Shown: positions 48,838 through 59,162, counted from the stretch's first letter. The stretch: DNA of 63,134 nucleotides from Fidelibacterota bacterium TCS52 (GCA_001577215.1 LSCC01000029.1:1-63134), one strand, 5' to 3'. Program-made: numbers and translations. Notes: generated by a model from the sequence alone, not told the origin.

Positions 48838-49512
48838 ATGGAAAATGAAGAAAATAATATTCTATGTCCGATTTGTGGCAATAGGATTACAAATAATCCA
48901 AAAGATAATGTTTTTCAAATTGAATCTATTGACTCGGATTTTAGAATCCATACAACTCAAGATGATCTTTTAGATGATTGGTTATTAATATGTCACAATT
49001 GCTATTATATTGATCACGATTTTTCTATTGTACCCGACAATTTAAATGAAGTTAAAAACTATATTGAATCAACGGATTATTTAACAAACTTTACAGATAA
49101 TAATCCAACTACTTATGACTTATTTGAAAATTATTTAAAAATATTAAACGTAAAAGAAAGTTCTGCATTCTTACTTGCTGATTGTAATTTAAGAATTGCG
49201 TGGTTATATGATGATAATAATTTACCAGATAAAGCTAATGAATATAGAGAGAATGCTATTCAATATTTTGGCAGAACTTTGCTAGAAAGTAAAAAATCTA
49301 ATAAAAATAGATCAATGTTATATTATTATATTGCTGAATTAAGTCGTAGAAAAGGTGAATTTGGTAGGGCGAAGAAAGCTTTAAAAAACCTGGATAAATC
49401 TATTGAAGAAATTAGCAAATTATTCGAATTTCAGAAAAAATTAATAGAAGATGAAAATTCAAGTAATGTCAAATTACCAAAGGGAGTAAAAAGTTATGAA
49501 ACGTTATCCTGA
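48838..49512 (+). CDS. Zinc-ribbon plus TPR-like protein (DUF2225-like)
   Basis: CPICG...(38 aa)...CHNC four-Cys ribbon with D.DFR between the knuckles, followed by a helical-repeat C-terminal half. Confidence 0.5.
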   Translation: MENEENNILCPICGNRITNNPKDNVFQIESIDSDFRIHTTQDDLLDDWLLICHNCYYIDHDFSIVPDNLNEVKNYIESTDYLTNFTDNNPTTYDLFENYLKILNVKESSAFLLADCNLRIAWLYDDNNLPDKANEYRENAIQYFGRTLLESKKSNKNRSMLYYYIAELSRRKGEFGRAKKALKNLDKSIEEISKLFEFQKKLIEDENSSNVKLPKGVKSYETLS

Positions 49513-50344
49513 ATTTGAAGCGCTTTTAATGGAACAAGAAGCAGGTGCTACAACTTTATTATTTAAATATATTCATGTTTTAAAGAGATTCTTTACTGAA
49601 AATAAAAATTTGTCTTTAAAAGCAAAAAAAGAAAATATGAATTATTTTTATAAGAAAGTTATTAAGGCACATCCATTAGTGGCACTTTTTCCAAATCTTA
49701 ATCATTATATTAATAACAATAAAGGTAATTTAATAAAATTGTTAAATGATTTTGAGGAAAAAATAAATGAAAACATTGAATTAACTATTAAAGAATCATT
49801 AAAATTAATTAAAAAAAATAATAAAATATTTACATTTAGTCATAGTTCAATTGTAAGAAAATTAATTATGAATGCAGTAGAACAGGAAATTCCAATTTCC
49901 GTTGCAACAACAGAAGCTCGTCCAGTTTGTGAGGGAACGGCGCTTGCGAAATTTTTATCAACCACAGACATTCCGGTTTCTTTATATACAGATGCTGCAA
50001 TGGAGCTCGCGATTGATTCGAGTGATATTGTATTTGTTGGTGCTGATTGGTATTGGGAAGGTGGTTTTGTAAATAAGATCGGCACACATTCTGCATTAAG
50101 AATCGCCTATGAGAGAGAAGTTCCATTTTATATACTTGCAGATTCCAGTAAAGCAATGAATATTGCTCCATCGGATTGGTCAAAAGATAAACATAGTTCA
50201 ACAGATATTTTAAAGGAGTCAAAAGAAAATATTCATGTTTTTAATCCTTATTTTGAATCAATATGGTATAGAGGAGTTACTGGAATTATCATTGATGGTA
50301 AAGTGAAAAATTTTGATAAAAACGGTAAGTTGAAGTTATCATAA
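49496..50344 (+). CDS. eIF-2B alpha/beta/delta-like family protein (short form)
   Basis: TFSHSSIV, TEARPVCEGTALAKFL, VGADWYWEGGFVNKIGT and FYILADSSK align with the IF-2B / MtnA / ribose-1,5-bisphosphate isomerase family blocks. It overlaps the upstream ORF by 17 nt. Confidence 0.7.
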   Translation: MKRYPEFEALLMEQEAGATTLLFKYIHVLKRFFTENKNLSLKAKKENMNYFYKKVIKAHPLVALFPNLNHYINNNKGNLIKLLNDFEEKINENIELTIKESLKLIKKNNKIFTFSHSSIVRKLIMNAVEQEIPISVATTEARPVCEGTALAKFLSTTDIPVSLYTDAAMELAIDSSDIVFVGADWYWEGGFVNKIGTHSALRIAYEREVPFYILADSSKAMNIAPSDWSKDKHSSTDILKESKENIHVFNPYFESIWYRGVTGIIIDGKVKNFDKNGKLKLS

Positions 50345-50449
50345 TGAATGAATTCTTTTAAGGTTTGTTCAATTGTTTAGAAAAATGTTTTTATTTATTA
50401 AAAATAAGTTATTTTGGTAATTTATTTTCCAAGTTAGGAGGAATTATTT

Positions 50450-51439
50450 ATGATACAAAAAAATAAATTAAGAACAATAAAAGAGTACGAGAATCAGGAT
50501 GAAGTGTGGAGTTATTTATTACTTAAAAGTAAAAATTTGAGATTAACTCGTGGCAACAAATTATATTTGGATATTTTTTTAAGTGATGCAACTGGAATGA
50601 TCTCAGGTAAAATTTGGGATAATGCCAAAAAGATAAATGATAAAATTGATGTCGGTATGGCAGTTGGTGTTAAAGCAATTGTTGAAGAATATAACGCAAA
50701 AAATCAATTAAATATTGAAAAGATAGTAGGAATAAAAGAATCAGAATTTGCCGATAAAGGATTCTCTTGGAAGTTACTTTTACCAACTACAGAAAAAAAT
50801 GTTGACCAATTATGGCAAAATATTCAAAAGGCAATTGAAAATATAAGCAATCCATTTTTAAAGGAACTAGTTAAAAAAATATATTATCAGAACAAAGATG
50901 ATATTTTGAAATTTCCGGCAAGTATGAAATTGCATCATGCTTTTGTTGGAGGTTTTATTGAGCATATTGAATCGGTATTAAGAATGGGGCTTATTGCTAT
51001 TAAAAATTATGAAGTAGACAAAGATTTAATAGTAACCGGAATTCTGCTTCATGATATTGGTAAATTAAAAGAATTAAGTGGTTTTCCTAATAATATTTAC
51101 ACAGATGAGGGGAATTTTTTAGGTCATATTGTGATTGGTTATTCAATGATTCAAAACATGATAAAAAAGATTGACGATTTTCCTGAAGAATTGGCTTTCA
51201 AAATTGAACATATCATACTTTCTCATCAAGGTAAATACGAATATCAATCTCCAAAGAAACCGGCATTTCCGGAAGCAATTATTGTCCATTATCTTGACGA
51301 ATTAGATGCTCGAATGAATATGTATAATCAAGCTGTAGAAAATGATATTGGTGATAATAATTGGACTTCACTTAGTAATTATTTTAGAGTTCCGCTTTAC
51401 AAGAAAAATCATAAAGAGAATGAAAAAGAAAGAAAATAG
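50450..51439 (+). CDS. YhaM-like 3'-5' exoribonuclease (OB-fold plus HD domain)
   Basis: AGGAGG RBS. N-terminal OB-fold region. HD motif block HHAFVGGFIEHIESV...GILLHDIGK. Confidence 0.75.
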   Translation: MIQKNKLRTIKEYENQDEVWSYLLLKSKNLRLTRGNKLYLDIFLSDATGMISGKIWDNAKKINDKIDVGMAVGVKAIVEEYNAKNQLNIEKIVGIKESEFADKGFSWKLLLPTTEKNVDQLWQNIQKAIENISNPFLKELVKKIYYQNKDDILKFPASMKLHHAFVGGFIEHIESVLRMGLIAIKNYEVDKDLIVTGILLHDIGKLKELSGFPNNIYTDEGNFLGHIVIGYSMIQNMIKKIDDFPEELAFKIEHIILSHQGKYEYQSPKKPAFPEAIIVHYLDELDARMNMYNQAVENDIGDNNWTSLSNYFRVPLYKKNHKENEKERK

Positions 51440-52034
51440 AATATTTGAAATATTTCAAGATAATAAAAAAATCAGTGAAGTGGGAATATTTCTTGCATTA
51501 TTTTGGGGACTTGGATTTGCATTTTTATATGTTCCTAATGTCGAATTTATTACACTTATTACTTTTTTATCCGGATTGCTTTTTGGATTGAAACGAGGGT
51601 TAATTGTAGCGATAATAGGAGAAATCGTCTTTAGTTCATTGAATCCTCTTGGGAGCAGCTTAGCTTTTCCTCCATTATTATTAGCTCAAGTTGTGGGTTT
51701 TACTATTATTGCAGTTGCTGGGAATATTTTTAGAGGTTTTATGCCATTTTTTCCTAATAATAAAATTTTGTTTAGCATATTATACGGTGCAACGGGATTA
51801 TTATTGACGTTCATTTATGATTCATTGACAACACTTGCATTTCCAATTGCTTCAGGATTTGGTTTTAAACAAATTGTTGCAACTTATATTGCCGGAATTC
51901 CATTTAATTTAATCCATATTGTAGCTAACACTTTAATATTTTTCATTATTTTACCAAAAATATTGGAATATGTGATTCAACATTTACCAGAATATTTTCC
52001 TACAATTAATAATTATAATTCAACAATTGGATAA
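51420..52034 (+). CDS. Polytopic membrane protein of unknown function (ECF S-component-like topology)
   Basis: 5-6 predicted TM helices. The ATG at 51420 (MKKKENRIFEIF) overlaps the end of the preceding gene by 20 nt. The ORF-track start at 51342 lies deep inside the yhaM-like gene. The family is not recognised. Confidence 0.55.
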   Translation: MKKKENRIFEIFQDNKKISEVGIFLALFWGLGFAFLYVPNVEFITLITFLSGLLFGLKRGLIVAIIGEIVFSSLNPLGSSLAFPPLLLAQVVGFTIIAVAGNIFRGFMPFFPNNKILFSILYGATGLLLTFIYDSLTTLAFPIASGFGFKQIVATYIAGIPFNLIHIVANTLIFFIILPKILEYVIQHLPEYFPTINNYNSTIG

Positions 52035-52042
52035 AATTAAAA

Positions 52043-53521
52043 ATGTTCAAAATAATACTAAAAAAAATATTTATTCCATTATTTGCTTATGTATTATTTT
52101 TTAACACTTTATTTTCACAAGAATTAGGTATTGATACTTATTCAAAATATTTAACATTTTCTCCATATGAGAAAGAAATGAATACAATTTATCCCATGAA
52201 CTGGATCTCTTTTGGAAAGTGTGAATTCCCAAAGGATTTTGATTCGACATACACTTTTTTGAAATGGACTCAAGCAGATTATGCTTCATCTGAAGTATTA
52301 GTAAAATACAGGCCGGTAACCAAAAATAAAAAATTAATGATAGCAAGTGAATGGATCAATTATGAAGGGGCTTCGCCAACTGATAGATTTGGTTTTGTGG
52401 GAAAATTAGTAACCGAAAAATCTGTATTAAATTATTCGAGAATAAATTTTAAACAAGAAATTCAATTATCAACCAATCGTGCAAAATATGACTTAATAAC
52501 TCATGATTTGGTCTTTAATCACAACTATGGGAATAATCATTTAAATTTATTTGGTTCATTAAAAATCATTGATGCGAATAAAAAAAATATAGATTCAACA
52601 TTACTTGGTCATCATTTTTACTCAATTTCAAAATTAGGAAATTCATTTTTATTTGGAAATTTGAAATTTAATATATTAGGTAAAAATATTGATTATTGGT
52701 ATGATGATAATTATGAACATTTGTGGAATATTAAGTCCGGTATTACAATTGATCTTGGAAGGATAACAGCAAATGCTTTTGCAAAATATTATTCCAATGA
52801 TAAAATTTATCCCCAAATGAATATTATTTTTGAAACACGACCTTTAAAAATTAACCTGTTTTATCAAACTAAGAAAACACCATTTGAGTTAAATAGATAT
52901 TTTTCTAATATCAATTTTATGGATAAAATGATCGGTGGGAAAATTAAATTAAATATTTCTAATAGAATTTTTGACATTAAGTATTCGGGATCTATTTACT
53001 CACAATTAAATAATTCAAATTCAATATTTTATCAGAGTGATTCTTTAATATTAATTGAAGAAAATGGAGGTTTATTTTCTAATGGAGAGTTATTTGCAGG
53101 TATAAATTTTAATTATTTCAAGATATTTTCACAATTGAATTATAATTTTGCAAGTGATTTTAATTATAATTTTTATCATCCTGATATTTTAGATTTTCAT
53201 ACAGGAATAAAAAGTAAATTTAAATTATTTGATAACAATTTATTATTAGATACCAAGGTTGAAGGAATATATCAATATCATAAGAATTCAAATGAGGTGA
53301 AATTTAATTCGGCTCTGTTACGATATATTCCAATTTATCAATCCGGTGATTTCTACACAGGTAATTGGACAATGAATGCTTCTATTAGTGGAACAGTTCA
53401 AACATTTACTATAGAATTGCAGATGATAAATATTTTAGATAGTTATGTTTACTCTGCTCAAAATGTTTTTCCAAATCAAAGATTTACTAAAGTTACTGTT
53501 TATTGGAGTTGGATGAAGTAA
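52043..53521 (+). CDS. Putative outer-membrane beta-barrel protein
   Basis: Signal peptide MFKIILKKIFIPLFAYVLFFNTLFSQ. Aromatic- and Asn-rich alternating strands throughout. 492 aa. No recognised family. Confidence 0.55.
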   Translation: MFKIILKKIFIPLFAYVLFFNTLFSQELGIDTYSKYLTFSPYEKEMNTIYPMNWISFGKCEFPKDFDSTYTFLKWTQADYASSEVLVKYRPVTKNKKLMIASEWINYEGASPTDRFGFVGKLVTEKSVLNYSRINFKQEIQLSTNRAKYDLITHDLVFNHNYGNNHLNLFGSLKIIDANKKNIDSTLLGHHFYSISKLGNSFLFGNLKFNILGKNIDYWYDDNYEHLWNIKSGITIDLGRITANAFAKYYSNDKIYPQMNIIFETRPLKINLFYQTKKTPFELNRYFSNINFMDKMIGGKIKLNISNRIFDIKYSGSIYSQLNNSNSIFYQSDSLILIEENGGLFSNGELFAGINFNYFKIFSQLNYNFASDFNYNFYHPDILDFHTGIKSKFKLFDNNLLLDTKVEGIYQYHKNSNEVKFNSALLRYIPIYQSGDFYTGNWTMNASISGTVQTFTIELQMINILDSYVYSAQNVFPNQRFTKVTVYWSWMK

Positions 53522-53556
53522 AATGAAAATAATTATTAAAAAATAAAATAATTTAC

Positions 53557-53585
53557 TTGTATAAAAAGATTTATTTTTATATTAT
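53557..53585 (+). promoter_or_regulatory. Sigma70-like promoter candidate for tRNA-Val (TTGTAT-N17-TATTAT)
   Basis: TTGTAT at 53557-53562, a 17-nt spacer, TATTAT at 53580-53585. The tRNA 5' end is 22 nt downstream of the -10 element. Confidence 0.4.
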
Positions 53586-53606
53586 TTAGGGCTTTTAGAA
53601 ATGCGA

Positions 53607-53681
53607 GGGCGCTTAACTCAGTTGGTTCAGAGTACCTGCCTTACAAGCAGGGAGTCATTGGTTCAAGTCCAATAGTGCCCA
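53607..53681 (+). tRNA. tRNA-Val (anticodon TAC)
   Basis: Hand-folded cloverleaf: acceptor GGGCGCT/AGTGCCC, D-stem ACTC/GAGT, anticodon stem CCTGC/GCAGG with loop CTTACAA, T-stem ATTGG/CCAAT with loop TTCAAGT. No encoded CCA. Confidence 0.9.
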
Positions 53682-53828
53682 CAAAGAATAAATAGATAAA
53701 TAAAATGATATGTTTAATAATTAAAGGTATAAATTACAAATTTTGTTATGTTTTGTTACTATTTCTTTGAAAAATTATTAACAAAAACTATATAAAGATT
53801 ATAAATTTTAATCGAACTGTGAAATATT

Positions 53829-54323
53829 TTAACTTTTCGCTATTTGATTTAACTTTTTATTCAATAATTTTTTCTTTACAAAGCTTAATCTGTCAGTAAA
53901 GAAAATGCCATTTAAATGATCGGTTTCATGCTGAATAACTCTTGCCGGTAGATCAACAAATTTCTTTGTAATGGTTTTTAAATTTAAATCTTGATATTCT
54001 AAAACAATTTCTTTTGATCTGTTTACCTTTTCTCTAATATCCGGTATAGATAGGCATCCTTCTTCTTCAAATGTCTTTTCATCCGAGTATTCTATGATTT
54101 TTGGATTAATAATGATCAAGTCATTTTCTGATTCAAGTGCATGTTTACCTATTATTGCTAATGACAAGTCAAATCCAACTTGGTTAGCCGAAAGCCCAAT
54201 TCCATCGTCTTTGTACATTGTGTCAGTCATATCATCGATCAACTGTTTGGTATCAGAAGAAATTGATTTTATAAATTGACATTTATTTCTTAGGATCTGT
54301 GAACCATATTTGTAAATTTTCAA
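53829..54323 (-). CDS. def: Peptide deformylase
   Basis: GIGLSANQVG, EGCLSIP and HETDHLNG motifs. Confidence 0.93.
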   Translation of the reverse strand: MKIYKYGSQILRNKCQFIKSISSDTKQLIDDMTDTMYKDDGIGLSANQVGFDLSLAIIGKHALESENDLIIINPKIIEYSDEKTFEEEGCLSIPDIREKVNRSKEIVLEYQDLNLKTITKKFVDLPARVIQHETDHLNGIFFTDRLSFVKKKLLNKKLNQIAKS

Positions 54324-54338
54324 GATTATATCTCAAGT

Positions 54339-54653
54339 TTATTTTTTTGTTTTTTCCAATTCCGGTTTTGAAGCAATGGCAGATTTTTTAACTTCAATTT
54401 TTGTCTCTTTACCAATTTTTAAAACTACAATATTACCTTTGACAGAATCAACTTCACCATAAATCCCACCAATTGTTACAACTTTATCATGTGGTTTTAA
54501 TTCCTCTAACATCTTTTTTGTTTCTTTCTGTTTTTTGGCTTGTGGACGCATCATAAAGAACCAAATAACGACAAAAATTAATATAAATGGTAGTAAACTT
54601 AACAGATCGAATCCTCCATTACCGCCCTGTTGTGCAAAAATTTCTAATAACAT
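54339..54653 (-). CDS. yajC: Preprotein translocase subunit YajC
   Basis: Single TM helix (LLPFILIFVVIWFFMMRPQ), then KKQKE...L..GD.V.T.GGI.G pattern. 104 aa. Confidence 0.88.
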   Translation of the reverse strand: MLLEIFAQQGGNGGFDLLSLLPFILIFVVIWFFMMRPQAKKQKETKKMLEELKPHDKVVTIGGIYGEVDSVKGNIVVLKIGKETKIEVKKSAIASKPELEKTKK

Positions 54654-54839
54654 ATTATCTCCTTTTTTTATAACATAAGATACAAAAAATAATATTATTA
54701 GTCAACGATAAGAAAAAAAATATAATGTATTTAAATAGAATTTTATGTGAATAATTTTAAAAAATAAGTAGAGAAAAATAGCTAATAAAAAAAAGAGCTA
54801 TAATTTAAACAGGTTTTTTTAATTTGTATGGAAACTTTA

Positions 54840-55058
54840 TTATTTCAAATTATAATAAGTAATGTTCCCTTTTTTTGTTACATCTAATTTATCTTCTTTA
54901 AGTAACCATCCAATAGCCATTAAAATTTGATTTTTCTTTTCTGATGTTTTCTTTGTTAAGCCGTTAATAGTCATTTTACCATTCATATTTAGCATTTTCC
55001 ATACTTTTCCTGCTATTGTTCCAATATTTTTCACTTTTCTCCTTTCAATTTTAGGCAA
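54840..55058 (-). CDS. Small winged-helix protein (DUF2582-like)
   Basis: 72 aa. IAGKVWKMLNMNGKMTINGLTKKT...ILMAIGWLLKEDKL matches my recollection of the DUF2582 wHTH pattern. Confidence 0.6.
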   Translation of the reverse strand: MPKIERRKVKNIGTIAGKVWKMLNMNGKMTINGLTKKTSEKKNQILMAIGWLLKEDKLDVTKKGNITYYNLK

Positions 55059-55110
55059 AATATAAAACCCAAAAATTCAATAAACAAATAAAATATTTAA
55101 TTATAAATTT

Positions 55111-56937
55111 TTATTCATATAATAAATTTATTTCATTTTTATATTTATCTTCAACAACTTTTCGTTTGATTTTCATACTTGGAGTCAAGTTGCCATTTTC
55201 TATTGAAAATGCTTTGTCAATAAGAATAAATTTTTTAATTTGTTCATAACGAGCTAGATCTGTTTGATATTTTTTTAGATCATTTTCTACTATTTCGTAA
55301 GTAGAAAATTTTTCTAATAATTCTTTATAGTTATTATATGAAATGTGATGAGAGGAGGCTAATACTTCAATATTTTCACGAACTGGGACAATTACTGCTA
55401 TTAAAAAATTACGATTATCTCCCAGTACAATTATCTGATCAATTAGTGGTGATTTGGATAATTGTTGTTCAATATTAGCCGGAGCAATATTTTTTCCACT
55501 TGAAGTTACAATAATATTTTTTATCCTATCAGTAATTTGCAAGTTTCCATCTCCATCAATTATTCCAATATCTCCGGAATGAAGCCAGCCATCGCTATCA
55601 ATTACTTCCTTTGTAGCTTTTGGATTTTTGTAATATCCCTTCATAATATTTGGGCCTTTAAAAAGTATCTCTCCATCTTTTGCAATTTTCATCTCGACAT
55701 CAGGAATCGTTGGTCCAACTTTTCCAAATTTAATATTATCTAATAATGTTGCATTTGTAATCGGAGTTGTTTCCGTTAAACCAAATCCTTCTAATATTAT
55801 TATTCCCGCAGCAGCAAAAAATTCACCAATAACTTTTGGTAAAGGTGCACCTCCTGAAATTCCAAACAGAAATTCGCCACCAAGTGCGGAACTAATTTTA
55901 TTAAACACCATTTTTTTTGCAAGTTGATATTTTATATTAAGCATACCTTTTGGTTTTTTATTTTTTTGAATATATTTTTTTGAAACCTCACTACCAATTG
56001 CTTTCGCCCAATAGAAGATTTTTTGTTTTGCTGGAGAAGCTTTATTAACGCCATCAAGTATTTTTGCATAAATTTTCTCATAAATCCTTGGTACCGATAC
56101 AATATGATGTGGCTTCGCATCTTTTAAATTTTCACCTATTTTTTCTAAGCTTTCCGCAAAATAAATAGTTGATCCCAACCAAAAATTCAATTGGGAAGCC
56201 ACCCTCTCTAAACTATGACTTAATGGTAAAAATGATAACCATCTTCTATTTGGTTCAAAATTAATTACTGATTGAGCAGATTGTATATTTGTTGCAACAT
56301 TAAAATGTGTGAGCATTACTCCTTTTGGATCACCAGTTGTTCCGGAAGTATAGATTAGAGTCCACAAATCCTCTTTTTTCCTTTTTTTCCCTTCGTCTTC
56401 CAAAGAATAATTAATTTTTTTCTTATGTTTGTCACCAATCTCAAGTAATTCAGAATAATTAATAATCCATTCTTGTGGGTAATTAATGTTACTATCAAAA
56501 ACGATCATTTGTTTAATTCTATGTAATGAGTGTGAATGGGTTAATTGTTTTTTTATTTTAATGATTTTCTCTGCCTGTTCTTGATTTGATACAAAAATTA
56601 GCTTTGCTCCGGAATTTTTAATTATATATGAAATTTGTTTTGGTATCAAAGTAGAATAGATAGGTGTCGTAACAAATCCAAAATGTGCACATGCAAAATC
56701 TGTCATAATCCATTCAGGACGATTTTCAGATAATATCCCAATCCTATCGCCTTTTTGATAACCGAGTTTTTCTAGCCCCATAGCAATATCTTCGATTTTA
56801 TCACGAGCTTGCTTATAAGTTGTCCCTATCCATTCACCACCTTTTTTTTCGTAAAAGGCGACAATATCTCTATTCTTTTTAACTGTTTCCTCAAATAATA
56901 AAGGTATTGTTTCTAAATAATTTAATTTATACTTCAT
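55111..56937 (-). CDS. Long-chain-fatty-acid--CoA ligase (AMP-binding enzyme)
   Basis: GGAGGG RBS. YTSGTTGDPKGV AMP-binding motif, GFGLTET and GWLHSGDIG blocks. 608 aa. Confidence 0.9.
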   Translation of the reverse strand: MKYKLNYLETIPLLFEETVKKNRDIVAFYEKKGGEWIGTTYKQARDKIEDIAMGLEKLGYQKGDRIGILSENRPEWIMTDFACAHFGFVTTPIYSTLIPKQISYIIKNSGAKLIFVSNQEQAEKIIKIKKQLTHSHSLHRIKQMIVFDSNINYPQEWIINYSELLEIGDKHKKKINYSLEDEGKKRKKEDLWTLIYTSGTTGDPKGVMLTHFNVATNIQSAQSVINFEPNRRWLSFLPLSHSLERVASQLNFWLGSTIYFAESLEKIGENLKDAKPHHIVSVPRIYEKIYAKILDGVNKASPAKQKIFYWAKAIGSEVSKKYIQKNKKPKGMLNIKYQLAKKMVFNKISSALGGEFLFGISGGAPLPKVIGEFFAAAGIIILEGFGLTETTPITNATLLDNIKFGKVGPTIPDVEMKIAKDGEILFKGPNIMKGYYKNPKATKEVIDSDGWLHSGDIGIIDGDGNLQITDRIKNIIVTSSGKNIAPANIEQQLSKSPLIDQIIVLGDNRNFLIAVIVPVRENIEVLASSHHISYNNYKELLEKFSTYEIVENDLKKYQTDLARYEQIKKFILIDKAFSIENGNLTPSMKIKRKVVEDKYKNEINLLYE

Positions 56938-57251
56938 GATTCCCTCCAGTTTTTTTAACGAGTTAAATTTAAACTATCTTATTTTAAAAAGCAAATAATT
57001 TAATTAAAAAAATATGGTGTATAAAAATTGAATGGTGAAATTTGAAATTGAAAAAAATCAACTCCATATGTTTATTGTTCAAAATTAAAGACGAAAAACT
57101 TAAAACTCATTATTTATGAGTTAATTTTGCTTATCTATGCTTTACTATGACTCAAAATTCGTAAAAAAATCAATTTTCAAAAACTTTTATCAAGTGAAAG
57201 CGATAACGGAATTAAGAAAACTATTATATGTTCTAACAATTTTTTATTTTT

Positions 57252-58193
57252 TTAATTCGTATTTTTTATCTTTTCTTTAATATAATCATTAGCAGATATT
57301 GCTGCAATTGTGCCTTCTCCACACGCAACATCTATCTGACGAACCTTTTTTGAACGTATATCACCTACAGCATATATACCAGGAATAGATGTTTCCATAT
57401 TTTCATTAGTGATAATATTTCCTAACTGATCTAATTTTACAACACCCTCTAAAAATTTAGAGTTAGGTAAAAAACCTGCGTATATGAAAATACCTGAAAC
57501 CTCAATCTTTTTTTCCTCATTAGTTTGACGATCTTTTACAGTCATAGAATTAACATCGTTGTTTCCATTTATAGAAATGAGTTCATGATTTAGTAAAAAG
57601 TTTGTTTTTTTATTTTTTTGTAATCTTTCTTGTAGTATACTTTCAGCAGTCATAGAAGGTAAAAATTCTATAAATGTCACACTTTTCACATAATTAAGAA
57701 GGGCTTCTCCTTCTTGCAACCCAGAATTCCCACAGCCTATAACAGCGACATCCTTATCTCTATATAGTGGGCCATCACATGTAGCACAATAAGAAACACC
57801 TTTACTTTCATACTTTTTCTCGCCGGGAACATTTAATTTTTTGGGAATACTACCTGAAGCTACTATTACGGTATAAGCATAATATTCTTCATCAGTTGTC
57901 AGTATTTTTATTTTTTTACCTACTGGTTCGATTTTTTTTACTTCCTTAAATTCAATAATATTAGTGCCAAATCTTAATGTTTGTTTCTTAAACTTTTCCA
58001 TTAATTCCATTCCATTTATTCCATCAGGAAAACCGGAATAATTCTCTATCAAATCGGTAGTTGCAGGTAATCCTCCGCATATGTTTTTTTCTAATAAAAT
58101 AGTATTAAGTCCACCTCTTGAGGTGTAGATTGCAGTTGATAAACCTCCAGGACCACCTCCTATAATAATCACATCAGCAGTATTTGTATTCAT
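57252..58193 (-). CDS. trxB: Thioredoxin-disulfide reductase
   Basis: FAD motif IIIGGGPGG, the redox-active CATCDG, NADPH motif VIGCGNSG, and GDIR near the C-terminus. Confidence 0.92.
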   Translation of the reverse strand: MNTNTADVIIIGGGPGGLSTAIYTSRGGLNTILLEKNICGGLPATTDLIENYSGFPDGINGMELMEKFKKQTLRFGTNIIEFKEVKKIEPVGKKIKILTTDEEYYAYTVIVASGSIPKKLNVPGEKKYESKGVSYCATCDGPLYRDKDVAVIGCGNSGLQEGEALLNYVKSVTFIEFLPSMTAESILQERLQKNKKTNFLLNHELISINGNNDVNSMTVKDRQTNEEKKIEVSGIFIYAGFLPNSKFLEGVVKLDQLGNIITNENMETSIPGIYAVGDIRSKKVRQIDVACGEGTIAAISANDYIKEKIKNTN

Positions 58194-58292
58194 TTTAAAA
58201 TTCTCCTTATTTTAAATTTAAATTTATGTTCTAATATTTTCAAAATCCTGTAAGATATAAAATATATTATTTAATACAAAAATATTTTTATT

Positions 58293-59162
58293 TTATTTTT
58301 TACTTTTTGCAAGCAATATTCCTCCAATAATTAAACCTGTTCCCAAAATTAAATTTAGTTGTAATGTTTCAAAACCCAGTAAAACAGAAAAAATTATTGT
58401 TGTTGGTGGTTGGGCAGAAATGAGTATTCCTACTTTAGAAGTCTCAATATGTCGTAGGATACTATAATAAAGCACATAAGATAAGGCAGTTGTAAATATT
58501 CCCATATAAACCAATCCTATCCAAGCGTTAATTGAAATTTGTGAAAATGGCAATTGAGTTATTCTATAAATTCCAAATGGGCTGTAAATAATAAATCCAA
58601 TTATTAATAAGATATAAGTTGTTTCAATAGGGCCGTATTTTTGAATGATCTTTTTACCGAATAATAAATAGAATGTCCAACAAGCAACGGCAAATAAAAG
58701 GATTCCATCACCAATTAAAATGTTTTTATTATATACGATCAAATTTTTTCCCAATACAATAATAACTCCAGTAATTGCAATGAAGGCAGAAAACATTATT
58801 TTTTTATCAATTTTTATTGAATGTTTTAAAGAGTTATACATTAAGATCCAAATAGGACAGGTTGAATATAAAAGTGGTGGGTGACTTGGAACAGTAAATT
58901 TTAAACCGGTAATAAATAATATTTGATTTAATACAATTCCACTAAGAGATAAACTTAAAAATATTTTCCAATCCCTACGATCAATTTTTATTTTTCTTTT
59001 TTTAGCAAATAGGATTATTTTTAAGGTAATAATTGCAATTATGTATCTCATAATTACAATAGCAAATGGATCAATTTCTATGACAGCTAATTTGCCTGCT
59101 ATTGGTGTTAAGCCAACTAAAATTGTAAGTAATACTATTTCGAATATAAGAGATTTTTTCAT
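58293..59162 (-). CDS. DMT-superfamily (EamA-like) transporter
   Basis: Ten hydrophobic helices in a 5+5 pattern. The ATG at 59162 (MKKSLIFEIV) follows a GGTGAG RBS. The ORF-track start at 59273 adds 37 atypical residues. Confidence 0.8.
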   Translation of the reverse strand: MKKSLIFEIVLLTILVGLTPIAGKLAVIEIDPFAIVIMRYIIAIITLKIILFAKKRKIKIDRRDWKIFLSLSLSGIVLNQILFITGLKFTVPSHPPLLYSTCPIWILMYNSLKHSIKIDKKIMFSAFIAITGVIIVLGKNLIVYNKNILIGDGILLFAVACWTFYLLFGKKIIQKYGPIETTYILLIIGFIIYSPFGIYRITQLPFSQISINAWIGLVYMGIFTTALSYVLYYSILRHIETSKVGILISAQPPTTIIFSVLLGFETLQLNLILGTGLIIGGILLAKSKK

